Assembly (NCBI GenBank): GCA_051294905.1
Contig: CM119371.1
Coordinates: forward strand, 25,732,001 to 25,796,000
DNA length: 64,000 bases
Origin: Botryllus schlosseri
Lineage: Eukaryota
Direction of reading: 5' to 3'
The position numbers and the translations under genes are program-made. The notes beneath the pieces were generated by a model. That model did no database searches. It was given only the letters and a program-made list of their open reading frames with translations, and was not told the origin of the DNA. Below are positions 13,416 through 27,441 of this stretch, in pieces; position 1 is the first letter of the stretch, and every line of letters starts with the position of its first letter.

Positions 13416-13538
13416 TACTAGAGAGTGACATTTTGAGGGTTTTGTTCGTAATGGAATATGTTTGTGATGGTATTCATGTGATTTCACTTTAGTGTCTGCT
13501 GAGTCGAGGTAAAATTGAACTGTCCAAATAGACATAGG

Positions 13539-14882
13539 CAGGCCGTGTTATTTTTGGCATATGCCAAAACTGCCAAAAATAACTTATTTTTGGCATTTTT
13601 CGATTTTTATTTTTGGCTGTTTTGGCATTGCCCTCTAAATAGATAGTTTCAGCCTCAAATTAGTCACAAAAACGCTTTATTTGGGCTAGTTTGTCAAAAG
13701 ACACCACAAAATGTGCAGCATCCGCGTATAATCAGTGCCAACAAACAATAAGAAAAAACCTAACGATTACATAGGTTAATAATATCAAACGAAACCGCAA
13801 AATGTGCAGTACCCATCGGAATCGGTGCCAATAAGCAAAAAAAGAAAGAAAAGCCTAACAAACACGCTCAACAGCTGATTGTTACAGCTGTTGAATAGAC
13901 TTAAATCGTTTGCACTGTAACAGTGCTTCCAAACTCAGGTCAGCTAAGTTTCTCCTAAATTCATTTCTCGCCCAGCGAATCTGGGAAATATCGGCTTCAA
14001 CAGTAGCCGTTGAGGGAAAGAATGTTGCCAGTCATCCACAAAAGGTTTTCGGTGCTTCAAAATCTTAGGACGGCCGAACCGGCTTCCAGGCATCATGAAA
14101 AGAGATCACTTCGCCAGTGCCATGGATCTCATCGCGGAAAGAATTTTCTTCCCGGTCCTTTTCCATGAGTTTCCTGTGTTGTCTCTCAACACATTCTATT
14201 TAGTAGCCCGACTATCATTTCTCCTTCAGTCTACCGATATATTTTCGGTGGACTTTTGTCACTTCAGGAGGCTTTAATATTACCAACTCGCAAGGAAGAG
14301 ACCTGGGAAGGTTAGCTTGTTTAAGAACATTGACGCAACAAGACTGTCTGGCAAAACGAGACTATGCAGCTCAGAAATAGCCAGACAGTTTGTTGCGTCA
14401 CAATGTTCAACTCGATCACAATGCAAAAATCGTGGTTGATTTTGGGGGTTCCAGTTCCATGAGCAGAATATAATTTATATTTTAATAATCAGTACTGTGG
14501 CAGCTTCTCATTGATACCCATTTTATTAAATTTAGCGCTCGACAAGCCGGTCAAAAATGCTCGTAAAATTGCCTTTGGACAAATGGAAAGTATGACGTAA
14601 ACCAAATGCGGTCAACCGTTCAATCCCGCTGTGCCCACACAACACCATGCTTTCACCCCTAATGGGTGGGCTGGACCCAGATTAAGAAACTTGCCTTTCA
14701 CAAACGCTCTTCTCGCTTGTAACGTGATCCTGTTAACACAACACCATGAACGAAATACACTATTTGGCAGGCCGTGTTATTTTTGGCATATGCCAAAAAT
14801 TGCTTATTTTTGGCATTTTCAAATTTTTAATTTTGGCAGTTTTGGCATCTGGCTCCTGAAATGCCAAAAATAACACGGCCTG
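13539..14882. mobile_element. hAT-type element with 22-bp TIR CAGGCCGTGTTATTTTTGGCAT and an extra internal left end at 14768
   Basis: Perfect 8-bp TSD GACATAGG at 13531-13538 and 14883-14890. Confidence 0.9.
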
Positions 14883-15464
14883 GACATAGGCTAATTTTGC
14901 TTCAAAGGCCGTGGATTAACCGAACACGGCAGCTCGAATAATATTCTTCTCTTCGACAATATCCAGAGATGGAGCGGTTTGGAGTAGGACCAGGCACCTT
15001 GTCGAGCTGTCTTGCTCAAATCCCACTACTACCAGACGTAGCCTACTACGAGTACAAGGCGCCGCACGAAAACACCTGACAACAGCGATACCTGGCCATC
15101 CACAAAACTAATAAATCGAAAACGAATGATTGCACGAATTGCGCGGTTTAGCGAGTCAGGTCTTACTTGACGAGTCGCTCGTATGTCCTCACCAGAGACA
15201 GCGTGATTTTTAAATTAAATAGAACATGTTTCCGAGCCTAATCTTACCTCACGTAGTTCTGCAGCAGTGTAAAATTTGACGTTATATTTATTTTACCAAT
15301 GGACAAGCCTTCAACATCTTGCATTATAAAATTAGGTATAAAATCCTAGTATTCCTCGCAGACCGGCAGTAAAGTCGTCGCGGACCGGCGGTTGAGAACC
15401 ACTGGTCTATAGTACTTGCGGTTACAAGCGTCCATTTGTGTCGCAACAACTGTTTTGGCTAGCT

Positions 15465-15790
15465 CAGTGGTTCCCAACCTTTTTCGACTCATCGCCCCCT
15501 TTTCAGGCTCAGCGCCGATCATCGCCCCCCAGATTTTGCGAACAGAAAAATCGGTATACAATCTGTAATCATCGGCGGGTTGACTAAAAAAAAGATCAAC
15601 TTCTCAACTTTTCGGCTCGTTGTCGAATTTTACACTTTTGCAACTAAATTTCCGTGGTTTGACTAAAAAAATGTCATTCCGACGACTTGACTACAATATA
15701 GCCGTTATAACGCGTCATCGCCCCCTTCGTAATTTTGCCCCCCCCCCCCTAGGCAGGCAAATCGCCCCCTGGTGGCGTTGGAAACCACTG
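15465..15790. mobile_element. hAT MITE (ATCGCCCCC-rich family)
   Basis: CAGTGGTTCCCAAC TIRs; perfect TSD GGCTAGCT; second copy at 57190-57542. Confidence 0.9.
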
Positions 15791-16454
15791 GGCTAGCTGC
15801 ATGACTGTGTGTCCACTGGCCAACGTTGCGTGAATACTCGCTAATTCTGCTTGTCACTAGTATTTATACTGATCGCTTTTAATGATCACAGAACGAATGG
15901 GTAGTTTGTTATGCTCATCCCTTCACCAAGCCAAATTAACAAAGAAGTGCGAGCCGTTTTCAATTGAATGGTTGTCGGACCATGTGAAAACGGAAGACAT
16001 AAGTAGGTACGCCCGAATACCTTTAATTACTATTTAGGGGTCCTATACCTTTTCCGACACACCTGACTCGATCAGCTCAACCGGTAAATCTGATTACGTG
16101 AGCAGAGAGAGAGCATAAAAATTACTTGCAATATTCCAACGCAATCATGAATTAGATAAATTTTTTGCGCTTCGCGCGTTCAGGCGTCACACCTACCCAA
16201 CGGACTCCCAATGTAGATGAAAAGCAGCGGCCAAAATACACAACCCAAGGGGGGCTGGGGGCGAAGCCCCCCGGAAGTTTGATATATCGCCCTATGGGGG
16301 GCCTGGTTGCGCACTGTTGTCCAAGGGCCTGCGCAGTGAGTTGGCGTGTTTGCGCGGACTCGTGAAAAATTAGAGGGACATTCCTTATGTACATGTACAT
16401 GGTATCGGTAAAAGTCAATACCTGTGATAAACCTAATACCACTAAATATAGTTC

Positions 16455-16726
16455 TGTTACTTTATTTGGATTTAAACGGAGATATGATATTCTTTTTCGC
16501 CTGCACCATCGAGATGCTTTGACGACGGAGTTGCGATACGGCCCCATGAGGTCATCTAGTCTGCGCCCCCGTTTTTTTCTCCTCCATGCTATCCGTGATT
16601 GCTGAGCGCCTAGCAGGATAGCTGCGGATACCAATTTTCGAGTCTTTGGTATGACCCGGTCGGGGATCGAACCCACGACCTACCGCTCGAGAAGCCGGAC
16701 GCATAACCATTACACTATCTCGCAAG
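16455..16726 (-). mobile_element. tRNA-derived SINE, possibly with a Meta/MESC-type central domain
   Basis: Minus-strand A box TAGTGTAATGG and B box GGTTCGATCCC, followed by GGTCATACCAAAGACT...CCTGCTAGGCGCTCAGCA. Paralogue at 40480-40651. Confidence 0.85.
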
Positions 16727-19457
16727 TCTTCTATGTGTAAAAATAACGAGTAGATTGAACTTTTAAACTTTATTGTACGACTGAGCCGATTTTCTATCCA
16801 GCCACTAGAGCAAAAATGAGATATTTCAGTAAAAATAGCCCCTTGAGTTATCTTCATAACAAGAGGTCCTTTTAAAAAAACAAGGTCGTATTCGAAATCA
16901 GTGCCCTTCAGAACCCCCACAACCACTCTTACTTTGTCTACCTAAAAATATGTTTTGACCAGTGTTATCATTTCAACTATAACATGCAATTTCAATTGGT
17001 AGGTGAAACTGTATTATATAATCATACCAAAGACTTGAATAATAATCCACTTACCGAAAACATTCCTACGAGCGCTTCTTCCCCTGCTCTGCGGAGTGAT
17101 ATATCCTGAACGCAAATGAAAGGAATCGGTCGGATAATTGTTATTTGTATAAAAAATCAGTGCTAATGATACATGTATCAAAAACAAACGGCGAAATTGG
17201 GCATTTCGCCTATTTTCACCAGAGCGTAGGTTGCCAATTTGTTAATAACAGTTGAAGATATGACTTTACTCCCATTTGAATGTGCTAACACTAATCAAAT
17301 GTGGGAATTTTATTGTTAGGGATGGTGTGAACCTCTGAATGGTTCAAGTTCGTGCGAACGCGAACCATTTTGAAAGGTTCTGTGTGAGCCCGAACGTGAA
17401 CCTCATGACGTTAGGTGACGTCATATTGCTAACTCCAACCCTATATTTCAGTGAAGTGATAGCCTATATTAATATACACGATACCTAGCGACGAGTAGGG
17501 CCACATAATGCCACAATACATAAGTTCATAACGTTTTAAACGTCGCCAAATGTATCAACTGGGCAATCAAATGATATAATAATCCCATAAAATCAATATC
17601 TTCCGTCGCCTTGCCAACAATTTCGACGAGGACTTGCAAGGGAATATAAGCTTACGCCTTAATGGTCTAGGCCAGTGGTTCTCAACCGCCTGTCCACGGA
17701 CCGGTGCCGGTCCACGACGACTTTCCAGCCGGTCCGCCAGGCATTTTACAATTTTATACCTTAATTTCAAGATGCAATATGTTGAAGACTTATCTATAAT
17801 GATTATTGATAAAATAAATAAAACATCAAAATTTAAACTGATTGAGAACTTCGTGAGGTAACATTAGGTCTGGAAACATTTGACTTGAAGTTCAAGCAGT
17901 GTCATTTGACGACATGCGAGCGACAAGTACGAGATGACTCGCCAAATTGCGCAGTTAGCACGATGATGCAGTAGCCTGGGCCCTATCGTAAATGCCGCAC
18001 CACAAACCCTTAATTGAAGGGACCGAGCTTGAAGGGGGCATAAAGGTATTTCTTAAATGAACAAAAATTATACCCTGTTTTAGTAAAAACTTCATCCAAT
18101 TGTTTTCATTTTTTTACGCTTTGTCCTGTTTTGTGTCACTAAATATCTTGATTATTGGGTGCCCTTCTGCCAAGAGATACGCATGATTTATAAGATTAGG
18201 CATTTTCGGCGTCAGTCATTGCCGCACCACGACGCACCAACACATGATGAAGTTTAGGCTAACTGCCCTTTGTAAGTCAAATTGTCCAGAGGCACCGAAA
18301 TGACTGGAACTGAATTTCGTTGTCATGGCAATCTGTAACCCACAGGAACAACGCCATCCCACAGAGAAAAGTGATTTTCCAGTGAAGAAATAGCAATTTG
18401 GAATCATGTGCGTCTTTTTGCTTAGAACGCTTGTGCGATTTCAATATCTATTCACTATATAACAGACAGTAGGTCATGAATTAATGACAAGCAACGAAGT
18501 AAATATTGTAACACACCAGCTCGAATATGTTTAATTTGATTACATACCCTAAATTTTCCAAGACGACACCTCACTCAGCCCTACCGGAGAATTTGATAAT
18601 TCTGAAAGGATAAAAAAATTATAACAATATCTACGCAATTACCAATATTATTGATTGATTCGGTCATGAATTATAAGTACTGGTGAAAGCATCCATCTAA
18701 CTGTGGGGGCCCAAGACCAACGTTTTTCGGGGGGTTAACTGACGACACGTCTTTTCGGCACTGGTTTTGTGTATAGCCATTGGCCATTTATAGCTGTTGC
18801 TAGGTGTTTTCGTGCGGCGCATTGTATTCGTAGTAGCAAGAGTAGCCTCGCCTGGTGGTAGTGGCTAATGAACATTCAGCAACGTAGCACGACAAGGTGC
18901 TTGGTTCGACTCCGAAACACTTCTTCTCTCGATATTGTCGAAGAGAAAAGATTATTCGAGTTGGCGTGGTCGATTAAATCCACGCATACTGCGCGAAAGA
19001 CTGTAAACCAGTGGTTCTCAACCTTTTTAACCTCGCGGACCGGTAAAAGTTCAAAAAATATTCGGCGGACCGGCGAACTTTCAAAAATCGAAATCAACTC
19101 AAAACGTGTAGTAGCCTATGCAACTGTTTTATGCAAGTATATGATGCTAGAGAATGACATTTGAGGGGTTTGATCGTAAATAAAGATGTCCATGATGGTA
19201 TCCATCTGATTAGTGGGTCTGCTGAGTCGAGGTAAAATTGTCCTGCCAAAATAAACGTGCTAGCGCCGGGAGTCGTTCACAGTCTTCCACGCCGAAGGTC
19301 GTGGATTTAACCGACCACGTCAACTCGAAAATTGATATTCTCTTCGACAATATATCGAGAGAACAAGCGCTTCGGAGTCGAACCAAGCACCTTGTCGTGC
19401 TACCTTGCTTATTGCCGACAACCACCAGTCGTAGCTTACTCTGGCTATACTATGAAT

Positions 19458-20444
19458 TAGGAATGGTGAGAACGTGACGTTCACGTTCGCGTTCTGTGTG
19501 TCAACCTCGGAAATTTAGAGGGTGACGTTCACAAACGAAGCTTCGTAGGTTCTAGGCTGTGAAACTTTTTAATATATTAAAATTTTTCACATAACATCAT
19601 TGGTTCAAATTCTTTGCTTTTCAACTTTGGGCTACTATGCATGACGCTGGCAATATAAAAAAAATCAACAATAATCGAGCATGCACCTTGTCAATCTCAA
19701 ATATTTCACTAGCTTTGAGAAAATAGTTTGATCTAAATATCCAGCTTTCCGTTTGTGAATACTTAGTGACTCTCTACTTCGAGCATGACCCTCAGTCCCA
19801 CAACGTCAAGATGGAAATACGCTACATCTAGGACTAGGTAGTCAGCGAATCATCCTCCATATTCCACCGATCAATGAAGTTGGTATGAAGAATACATCAC
19901 TGTCTACTGTGAAAAATCTAACAGGCGTATGGGATCGATCAGCATTTTATATGTTTATCGTATCGTAAAAACCAAATCTGTGCGATCGGGATGTTGGTTA
20001 CTGTATAACGTGTTAATAGAGTAATATCGGAAGCAAGTATACAATCCCGTTCTACACTTTATCTCAATATCAGTATATCTATAGTCAGATGTGTCAGACA
20101 TTGTCAGGTCTGGAACAAATCGTTGAGGTGTAAGCTTGTATTCCCTTGCAAGACCTCTTCGAGATTATTGGCAAAGCGACGGAAGATATTGATTTTAAGG
20201 GATTCATATCAATTGATTGCTCCAGATGACACATTTGATGACTTTAAAGTCAGCCCGTACTTCAGCATTGTGGCCTCAGTCGTCGCTGTACATTAATATT
20301 TCACTTCACTGAAATATAATAGGTCGAAACTTGCAATTTGACGTCAAGTAACGTCATAGGTACACGATCGCGTTCACACAGAACTTTTCAAAAAGATTCG
20401 CGTTCACACGAGCCTGAACCTATCAGAAGTCCATACGATCCCTA
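19458..20444. mobile_element. hAT family D non-autonomous element
   Basis: TAGGAATGG...GATCCCTA termini; perfect TSD CTATGAAT. Confidence 0.88.
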
Positions 20445-20833
20445 CTATGAATGCAATGCGCCGCACGAAAACACCTGACTACAGCTATACCTGGCCAGTG
20501 GCCATCCACAAAATCAGGGCCGATAGTCAGCCTAATTGCCCAAATACGGTAGTCTTGGGCCCCACAAAGCGATACACCAAACTTTTAGCTAGGGGGCATC
20601 GTCCCCAGACCCAACAGTTGGTTGTTTCCGCCAGGACTTGCGAACACATTCAATCTACTGAGGATAAGCAGATAGTTTTCTATAGGTTATTCATGACTGA
20701 ATCGGTCAATAAAATTGTTAATTTCATATATATTGCTGAAAAATTGTACTCTATCAGAATTATCAGATTTTCCGGTAGAGTTGATTGAGGTGTCGTGTTG
20801 GAGAATTTAGGGCACGTAATAGATAATAATTAA

Positions 20834-22498
20834 GGCCGTAAGGTGCAGCTAGACTTGCAAAATTTTCAAATTGCGATATTTTCTAAACAGTTGATCCTAG
20901 ATTCTCAAAAATTGATGTGTGAACTATTCATACCCAACTTCATATACTGTATCAATTTCAGCATTTCACAATAATTCCTTGGGCCAAAATTGGGGGGAGA
21001 TTGGTTAATCGGACGGTTAGTACGAGGAAACGCCTGTCTCATCGATGGATGCTAAGAGATTCTAACCAATGCTTTATAAAGTGTCCTGAGGCCTGTAGGC
21101 ACCTGGTGAACTACTTGAAACTAACGAATTTTCGAAAAAGTTGATAAAATATTTGTTTTGTACCAGTACAGTGCCGGATTTTCGATTTTTTTAAATAAAA
21201 TTCAGATCATAAGTAGCATTGCAAGTACACTGAAACTCCTAGAGCAAAAACAATAAGTTCACCAGGTAGAACAGTCTTACTGCTTGTACTGAGCCAAGTT
21301 TGATAAGAATTGAAGGTCTTCTGATATCAAATTTTCCTCTCCCCGTGACATCATATTACGAAAAACTAGAAATGGGAGAAAATCAACTTTGAAAATTGAA
21401 AAATATTTTGGTGAAAAAGTAAAGCAGGTATTTAAAATTTGTTGCTTTTAAATGGTGCAGGCAGGCTTTAATCAGTACATAGCCAAATTTGAAGACAATT
21501 GAATGTGCCTAAATGCAAAATAAGTCGTGTAGAGTATGAGTGATTTGATCACTTTTTACTCAAAACTGCTATACCACACTTAAAAAATTTGCAAACCTTG
21601 ATTGGAAAATAGTTAGATGTTGTCAAAATGAAACAACATATCAAGAATACTGCGACATTGTCAAAATACCAATTTCAGTTGGTATGAGTCAACATACTAC
21701 ACTCATATTTCCCCCCGAGATCTTTCAAACATACAATTTTTAGCATCAACATTAGCAGCAACATCATTATGCATCCGGCACTAATTTGAGTTGCATAACC
21801 GTTATGCATAGCCTGTGCAGTTCCAATATCCTTTGCCGGATGAGCCACAGTCAGGCAATTCACAATATTTAGAACAACTGCATCAAAAATGTAGAAATTC
21901 CGAGGAAAAACGATTCCGCCGAATCCAAACCACCATTATCAGATGTTGAAAGCTCCAATCTTTTTCAAAGGATTTCTTCGATTATTCAGTTCAGGAACCA
22001 CTGGTTCTTTTCTATCATGGTTTCATCTTTTCCTATGCCAAATGACTTCGTAGTGTATGGCTTTGTCCTAATCGTGAATTAAGCTATCAACAATATACCA
22101 ATGCATCTTGAAAAATATACAATATGATGAACAACGCTCACAATGTCAACATCAACAGCTTTCAGCTCTTCCCAGGTTAGCGATCGGCAGCTAGGCTGCT
22201 GGCCAGCTGTATGTTTTGATAGTCACGCCTCATCGATCAGACATATGGCTCTTCTATTTATTGTATAAAATCAGCATTGCAGAGTGGTTATAGACAATTT
22301 CGAGCGAGTTTGAATGAACGAAAGTGTATGGGGGTGACTTTCTCAGAAAATGGGATATTTCAAATCGTATTTTAACATACTTCTAATTCGAAATCAGACA
22401 AGAGCAATGCATTTTTGAAAAGAGCTAGTTTCATAATTTAAGATTCTGCAATAAAAAAAATTTGGAAAATTTTGTGATTCCAGCTGCACCTTAGGGCC
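20834..22498. mobile_element. Kolobok-like non-autonomous DNA transposon
   Basis: TIR GGCCGTAAGGTGCAGCT / AGCTGCACCTTAGGGCC, flanked by TTAA and TTCA. A TTAA target with purine-purine termini fits Kolobok. Cys-containing remnant on the minus strand near 21770-21865. Confidence 0.65.
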
Positions 22499-23784
22499 TT
22501 CATATTCGGGTGGGCCTCTTGGACTAATTACCTAATTAGTCATTGCCACTCATTTTTCGTCAAATGACACGGGTTGAACTTCAAGTCAAATCGAACATGC
22601 TCCCAGACCTAAAATGTTACTTCACGACATTATGAAGGAGATTAAAAATTGGTATTTGTTTTATTTTATCAATGGACAAGCCTTCAACATACTGCATCCT
22701 GAAATTTTGTTATAAAATTGCAAAATACCTCGCGGACCGGCTGGAAAGTCGTCGCGGACCGGCACCGGTCCGCGGACCGGCGGTCGAGAACCACTGCTGT
22801 AAACGGCTCTCGGCGGTACCAAGTATGTCTGGGAAGGCAATTTTACCTCGACTCAGCAGACTCCATCACCGGAAAATCACATGGATACCATCACAAACAT
22901 AATAAATTACAATCAAAATTCTCTAGCACCACATACTTGCAAAAACGGCTTTAAACAATACATTTTGGGTTAATATCGATTTCTGAAAGTCCACCGGTCC
23001 GCCCAATATTTTGGGTAGTAGTATATAAAAGCTAGAGCAGAGGCGCAGCAGCATTTGATCACGTGACAATTTTGAATTTCAAATCAAACAGAGAAAAAGC
23101 GCGCGAAAGAGTTATGTCAATACCACTTATATGCGGGACAATGGGTGACAATAACGGGTGTGTGAGGAGAACGAAGCGTGACAGCATAATGGGGTGTGTG
23201 TGCTAGCGACCGTTATGGTATTGCACAATGGGTAATACCCTAGTCTGAAACTAGCGATATTGCACCATACACAGCCTTGATCACGTGACAAGTTTGCAAT
23301 GACGCGCGTCTGAATTTACTTGATGATAGTGGGAATCTCTCACGTGTGTCAAAATGTATGATTTGTTTGAATTTTACGGTAATGAAGCAGGCGAGAGCGC
23401 TACGTCCAATCAATCGCCTCGGCTCTTAATTAAACAAACGCGTCGCCCGCCCGCCCGTCGCGCTTCATTGAAAAGTAACGTTTATTGCGTCTCTAGCGCT
23501 TGCATGAGAGGACAATGGGTGACAATAGATGAAATGATATGACGTATATAAGAGTATGTTTTCAGGCGCTCCAATCTACAATGGGTGACAATAGGTGTCA
23601 ACACTTGACGCGCGTCCGAAGAGGTGAAATGTCATTCACGGTAATGTATGTACAATTTACTTAATGATGCTGGGAATCTCTCACGTGTGTCAAAATGTAT
23701 GAGTTGTTTGAATTTTGAGGTAATGACGCAGGCGAGAGCGCTAAGTCCAATTAATCGCGTCACCTATTATTAAAACAAACGCAT

Positions 23785-24269
23785 CTAATTATTATTTATA
23801 AATAATTTGAAGACGGACCGCCCATCGCGCGTAAGATACTTTAGATCAGACATGGAAAAATCCCCAACAACAACAATATATACTAAAGATAACACTCGGA
23901 AGAGAGAGAGGAAAAGAGGGTGAATGCTCTTGAGGTATATTCTACCCCTGGCTTATTCCGAGTGAAATAAGTTTGCATTACGTTAACGGAATGTATGTTC
24001 AAAAAGTTTAACTAATTATTATTTATAAATAATTTGAAGACGGACCACCCACCGCGCGTAAAATACTTTAGATTAGACATGGAAAAAAACCAACAACAAC
24101 AACATATACTAAAGATAACACTCGGAAGAGAGAGAGAGGAAAAGAGGGTGAATGCTATTGAGGTATATCCTCCCTCTGGCTTATTCCGAGTGAAACAAGT
24201 TTGTATTACGTTAACGGAATCTATTTTCGAAAGTTTAACTAATTGTAATGTATAAATAATTTGAAGACA
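23785..24269 (+). repeat. ~227-bp tandem duplication (2 units plus a partial one), left arm only
   Basis: CTAATTATTATTTATAAATAATTTGAAGACGGACC at 23785 and 24012, partial at 24239. Confidence 0.9.
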
Positions 24270-26194
24270 ATCTGTTGTTGATATTGCAAAATTTTGTATT
24301 GTATTTTGTGTTGCTTCTACAAATATGCGATGTCTTTTAAATTGTTGCGTATTAGATGAAGATACATTAAACTCGTTGTATAATGCTCTCCAAAATCATG
24401 AGGTGAACATCTGGTCTGCATCTGTTTTGTTTTATAACAGCTGATGTAATCGGTAACATAGTGTGTGCTAGTTTTAATAATACTCAAGCATGGCATGTCA
24501 TTAACCGATCGAATTTATCATCAATAGAGTATTCTTGATCACGTTTACTGATAATATATCTGTGCTTATGAGGAAGAGGGTTTCCATCGCTCATTTATTC
24601 ATTCTAATGGTAGTTCCCGCAGTTTCTACATTATCCTATTGACGTTTATTAGCATATACCAGTTTCGAGATCACGTACCGAAATTGACAAAATTGTTCGG
24701 TCGTTAACAATTATTTCTATGACTAATTTTATTACAACCTTATGGTGGTTTTCAGTCTCTAAAATGGTTCTATGCCAATTCCGAGAAGAACATTACCGAA
24801 AATTTCAGTATAGAGAATGGACACCTGAATGAAGGAGACAAGAAAACTTTATGGAAACAATTGCACTCGTCCTGTAAAACGTTATTTTCGGAATAAATAT
24901 GTATCTACACATGATAATTTGGTGTTCTTATTCATTCACTTTATAATGCTTGTCGTGATCGCCATGGACTGATAAGAAAGTAGGTAGGTACATAGGACAA
25001 TAACTCAACGCAGGTTGAAGTCAATTTGCTCACTTGAATGCATAGATGTATAGAATCTTCGAGAAATTATTCCCTCAAATAGTAACAGCATATCCAGAAT
25101 TTAGATTTGTGTCATAAACACAGTATTTAATCTTTTGGGGTTGATTTTACCGGTTGGGTTGCTGTAATTTATATGACGACAGTGAGGAGTAAGTACGAAT
25201 TTAGACTGCTTTTTAGTGTTTAGCCAAAACTAGACCTTGAACACTTACTGTTTACGCATTCGGAAAACGCTACTTATTGTACTTGAGTAAAACGTCAACT
25301 ATATCATGATAGTGAAAGTACTTTTTCAATGGTCTTGATGAAAGGTAGGAGTTCAATCAAAATTCTACAATGCATTTTCGTGATGCTGAATGAATTATCA
25401 CGACGATAACATAGCAAAATAAATCAATTGATTCATGAAGTAGCACTATGGGATATCACCGTTATAAAAATTACCCTTCGACATGACTTTTTCCGTTGTC
25501 AGAAATTGTAGTGTCAATATATTTCCAATGTTTGGTGCTGCTACGCGTATTTACTCATATCATGCCTACAAGCATTCTACGCATTTTATCTTATGTCGAT
25601 GGGCTTCGTATCATTACGGATATGCAGGGCATATAGTATTGTCAATCTATTAGTCCAAATTTCCCACTTAGGTGAAGCACCGCATGACTTCTGGTTATAA
25701 ACAGTTAATAACATTCGGACATGCGTAATTGATATGTAAAATACTATTTAGCACACGTGAAACTCAATTCGCTTCTAAATTTATCTAAGTTATCACATTT
25801 CACCCAACCTCAGCACTACGTCTGTCGCGGACGTGGTCATGTCGTATAATACCACTAGAAATCCATATAGCTTGGTTGTCTAGAGGTACCTTTGTACATA
25901 CTATTATTTGCAAACACTGATAGAAAATGTTATTTGTAGTGTGTGAAACTGGATTCATTTTTCATAGTTATAATCCGATATGATGAAAAAGTAATACCAG
26001 TCACAAAACATCTGATATTAGAAACAATCGTCATGGCACATTGAACAAATTTCACCGCCGCTGAGGTTTATTATCTCGGTTTGTTGGAACTACAATTGAA
26101 CAGCGGCTGGCTACCAGTAAAACAAGAGGTATTGCTATCCTCACAGGAGCTATTACACGATTTGCATGGAAATTCGTTTGATGTCCATGTTTAT

Positions 26195-26866
26195 TAGGGC
26201 TCTTCAAAAATTACTTTTTTTCTTCTCACATCGTACTGGCTACTTGATATTATTGTTAGGTTACCAAATTCAAGCCTTCACACAAAATTTGGTTCAATTC
26301 CAACCAGTAGCCGCATTGCTACAGGAGAAGAAAGTTTTTATTTATTATACAGAAAGAAGTAGCAAAAAATTTGAAAATTTATTGTTCACCCCTTGAAAGT
26401 GTTAAGTTGTCTATAGAAACGATGTTCACCAAATTTGGTTCAATTCCAATCAGCGGAAGCGGAGATATTGCAGTGGAAAAATTTGAATTATGAATAAAAT
26501 TTTATTTACGGTGAGCAGTTCTCTGATTTTTATTATAGTGGTACCCACTGTAAATACTATTTCATTCAAATCCAAATTTTTCGATGGTAATAGCTCCGCT
26601 CCCACTGGTTGTATTGAACCAAATTTGGTGAACATCGTTTCTATAGACAGCCTAACACTTCCATGGGGTGAACAGAAAATTTTCAAATTTTTTTTTGCTA
26701 TTTCTTTTTATATATTAAATAGAAACTTTCTTCTCCTGTAGCAATGCGGCTACTGGTTGGAATTGAACCAAATTTGGTGTGTAGGCATAAATTAGGTAAC
26801 CTAACAATAATATCAAGTGGCCAGTACGATTTGAGAAGAATAAAATGTCATTTTTGAAGACCCCTA
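26195..26866. mobile_element. Palindromic MITE with TAGGG termini (hAT-type)
   Basis: Long inverted arms; TSD ATGTTTAT/ATGTATAT; related to 44888-45393. Confidence 0.8.
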
Positions 26867-27441
26867 ATGTATATACACCTCTATGCCTCTGTATTTGTTA
26901 GTGGCGATTGTGATTGGACTCTCCGATGCGACGGTTAATAACATCGACAATGAGGTAGTGAGCAAACTGTATTGTCAAGGCAATCTTATAAATTTACCCA
27001 CCGCCTGAAATTTAAATGAGATCTCAGCAGGTCAGTTATGTGGTAACAGAGGTAATAGCTGACAATTCAAAACCTCACACGAAATCAGAGAAAGTTTTAT
27101 TCCTGCCTGCGATAAAATTTAAAAAAAAATGTTTGTTAAGAATTGAAAACGATCCCCATGTCAAATCATACCAATCGTAGACGTATTTGCGTCATGTCCG
27201 CAGAGATAAAAGAAAACTTAATTTCTTCTTTGAAGCAGAGAAAAGCCTAGTTGAGTGCTCCGGAAAGGTAGAAGTACTTCGTCATTGCGCACCTATGTAA
27301 GACTGTGGTTGCTGCTATGCGCATTCTGGTAGTTGGCCTTTGGCGTAAGCCAAAATAGTTCAGAACCACTGTGCTAGTGTGCCGCGAACTATTTTTCATT
27401 TTCAAAGTGTGCCGCGAGGTCAAAGAGGTTGAGAACCACTG

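Larger units (their letters stand above)
12430..15404. mobile_element. Non-autonomous hAT (family R, CAGTGGTTCTCAAC termini) with nested insertions
   Basis: TIRs CAGTGATTCTCAACC...GGTTGAGAACCACTG; perfect 8-bp TSD GTCTATAG. Confidence 0.9.
19009..22796. mobile_element. hAT family R copy inserted into another R copy
   Basis: CAGTGGTTCTC TIRs; perfect TSD CTGTAAAC. Confidence 0.9.
17673..23013. mobile_element. hAT family R copy, inverted relative to 19009-22796 and truncated at the AGTAGT element
   Basis: CAGTGGTTCTCAACCGCC terminus at 17673. The sequence resumes after 22796 and stops about 45 bp short of its other TIR. Confidence 0.75.

Noticed and set aside
16650..16726. tRNA gene (also 38347 and 40580)
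   Set aside because: A and B boxes are present but there is no proper cloverleaf, and each continues into a shared SINE body.
16152..16926. Longest ORFs in the track (174 and 124 aa)
   Set aside because: They run through a SINE and adjacent repeat fragments, with no protein motif.
17055..17105. Isolated minus-strand exon-like segment with ag/gtaagt ends
   Set aside because: Too short, with no motif linking it to the LDLa gene.
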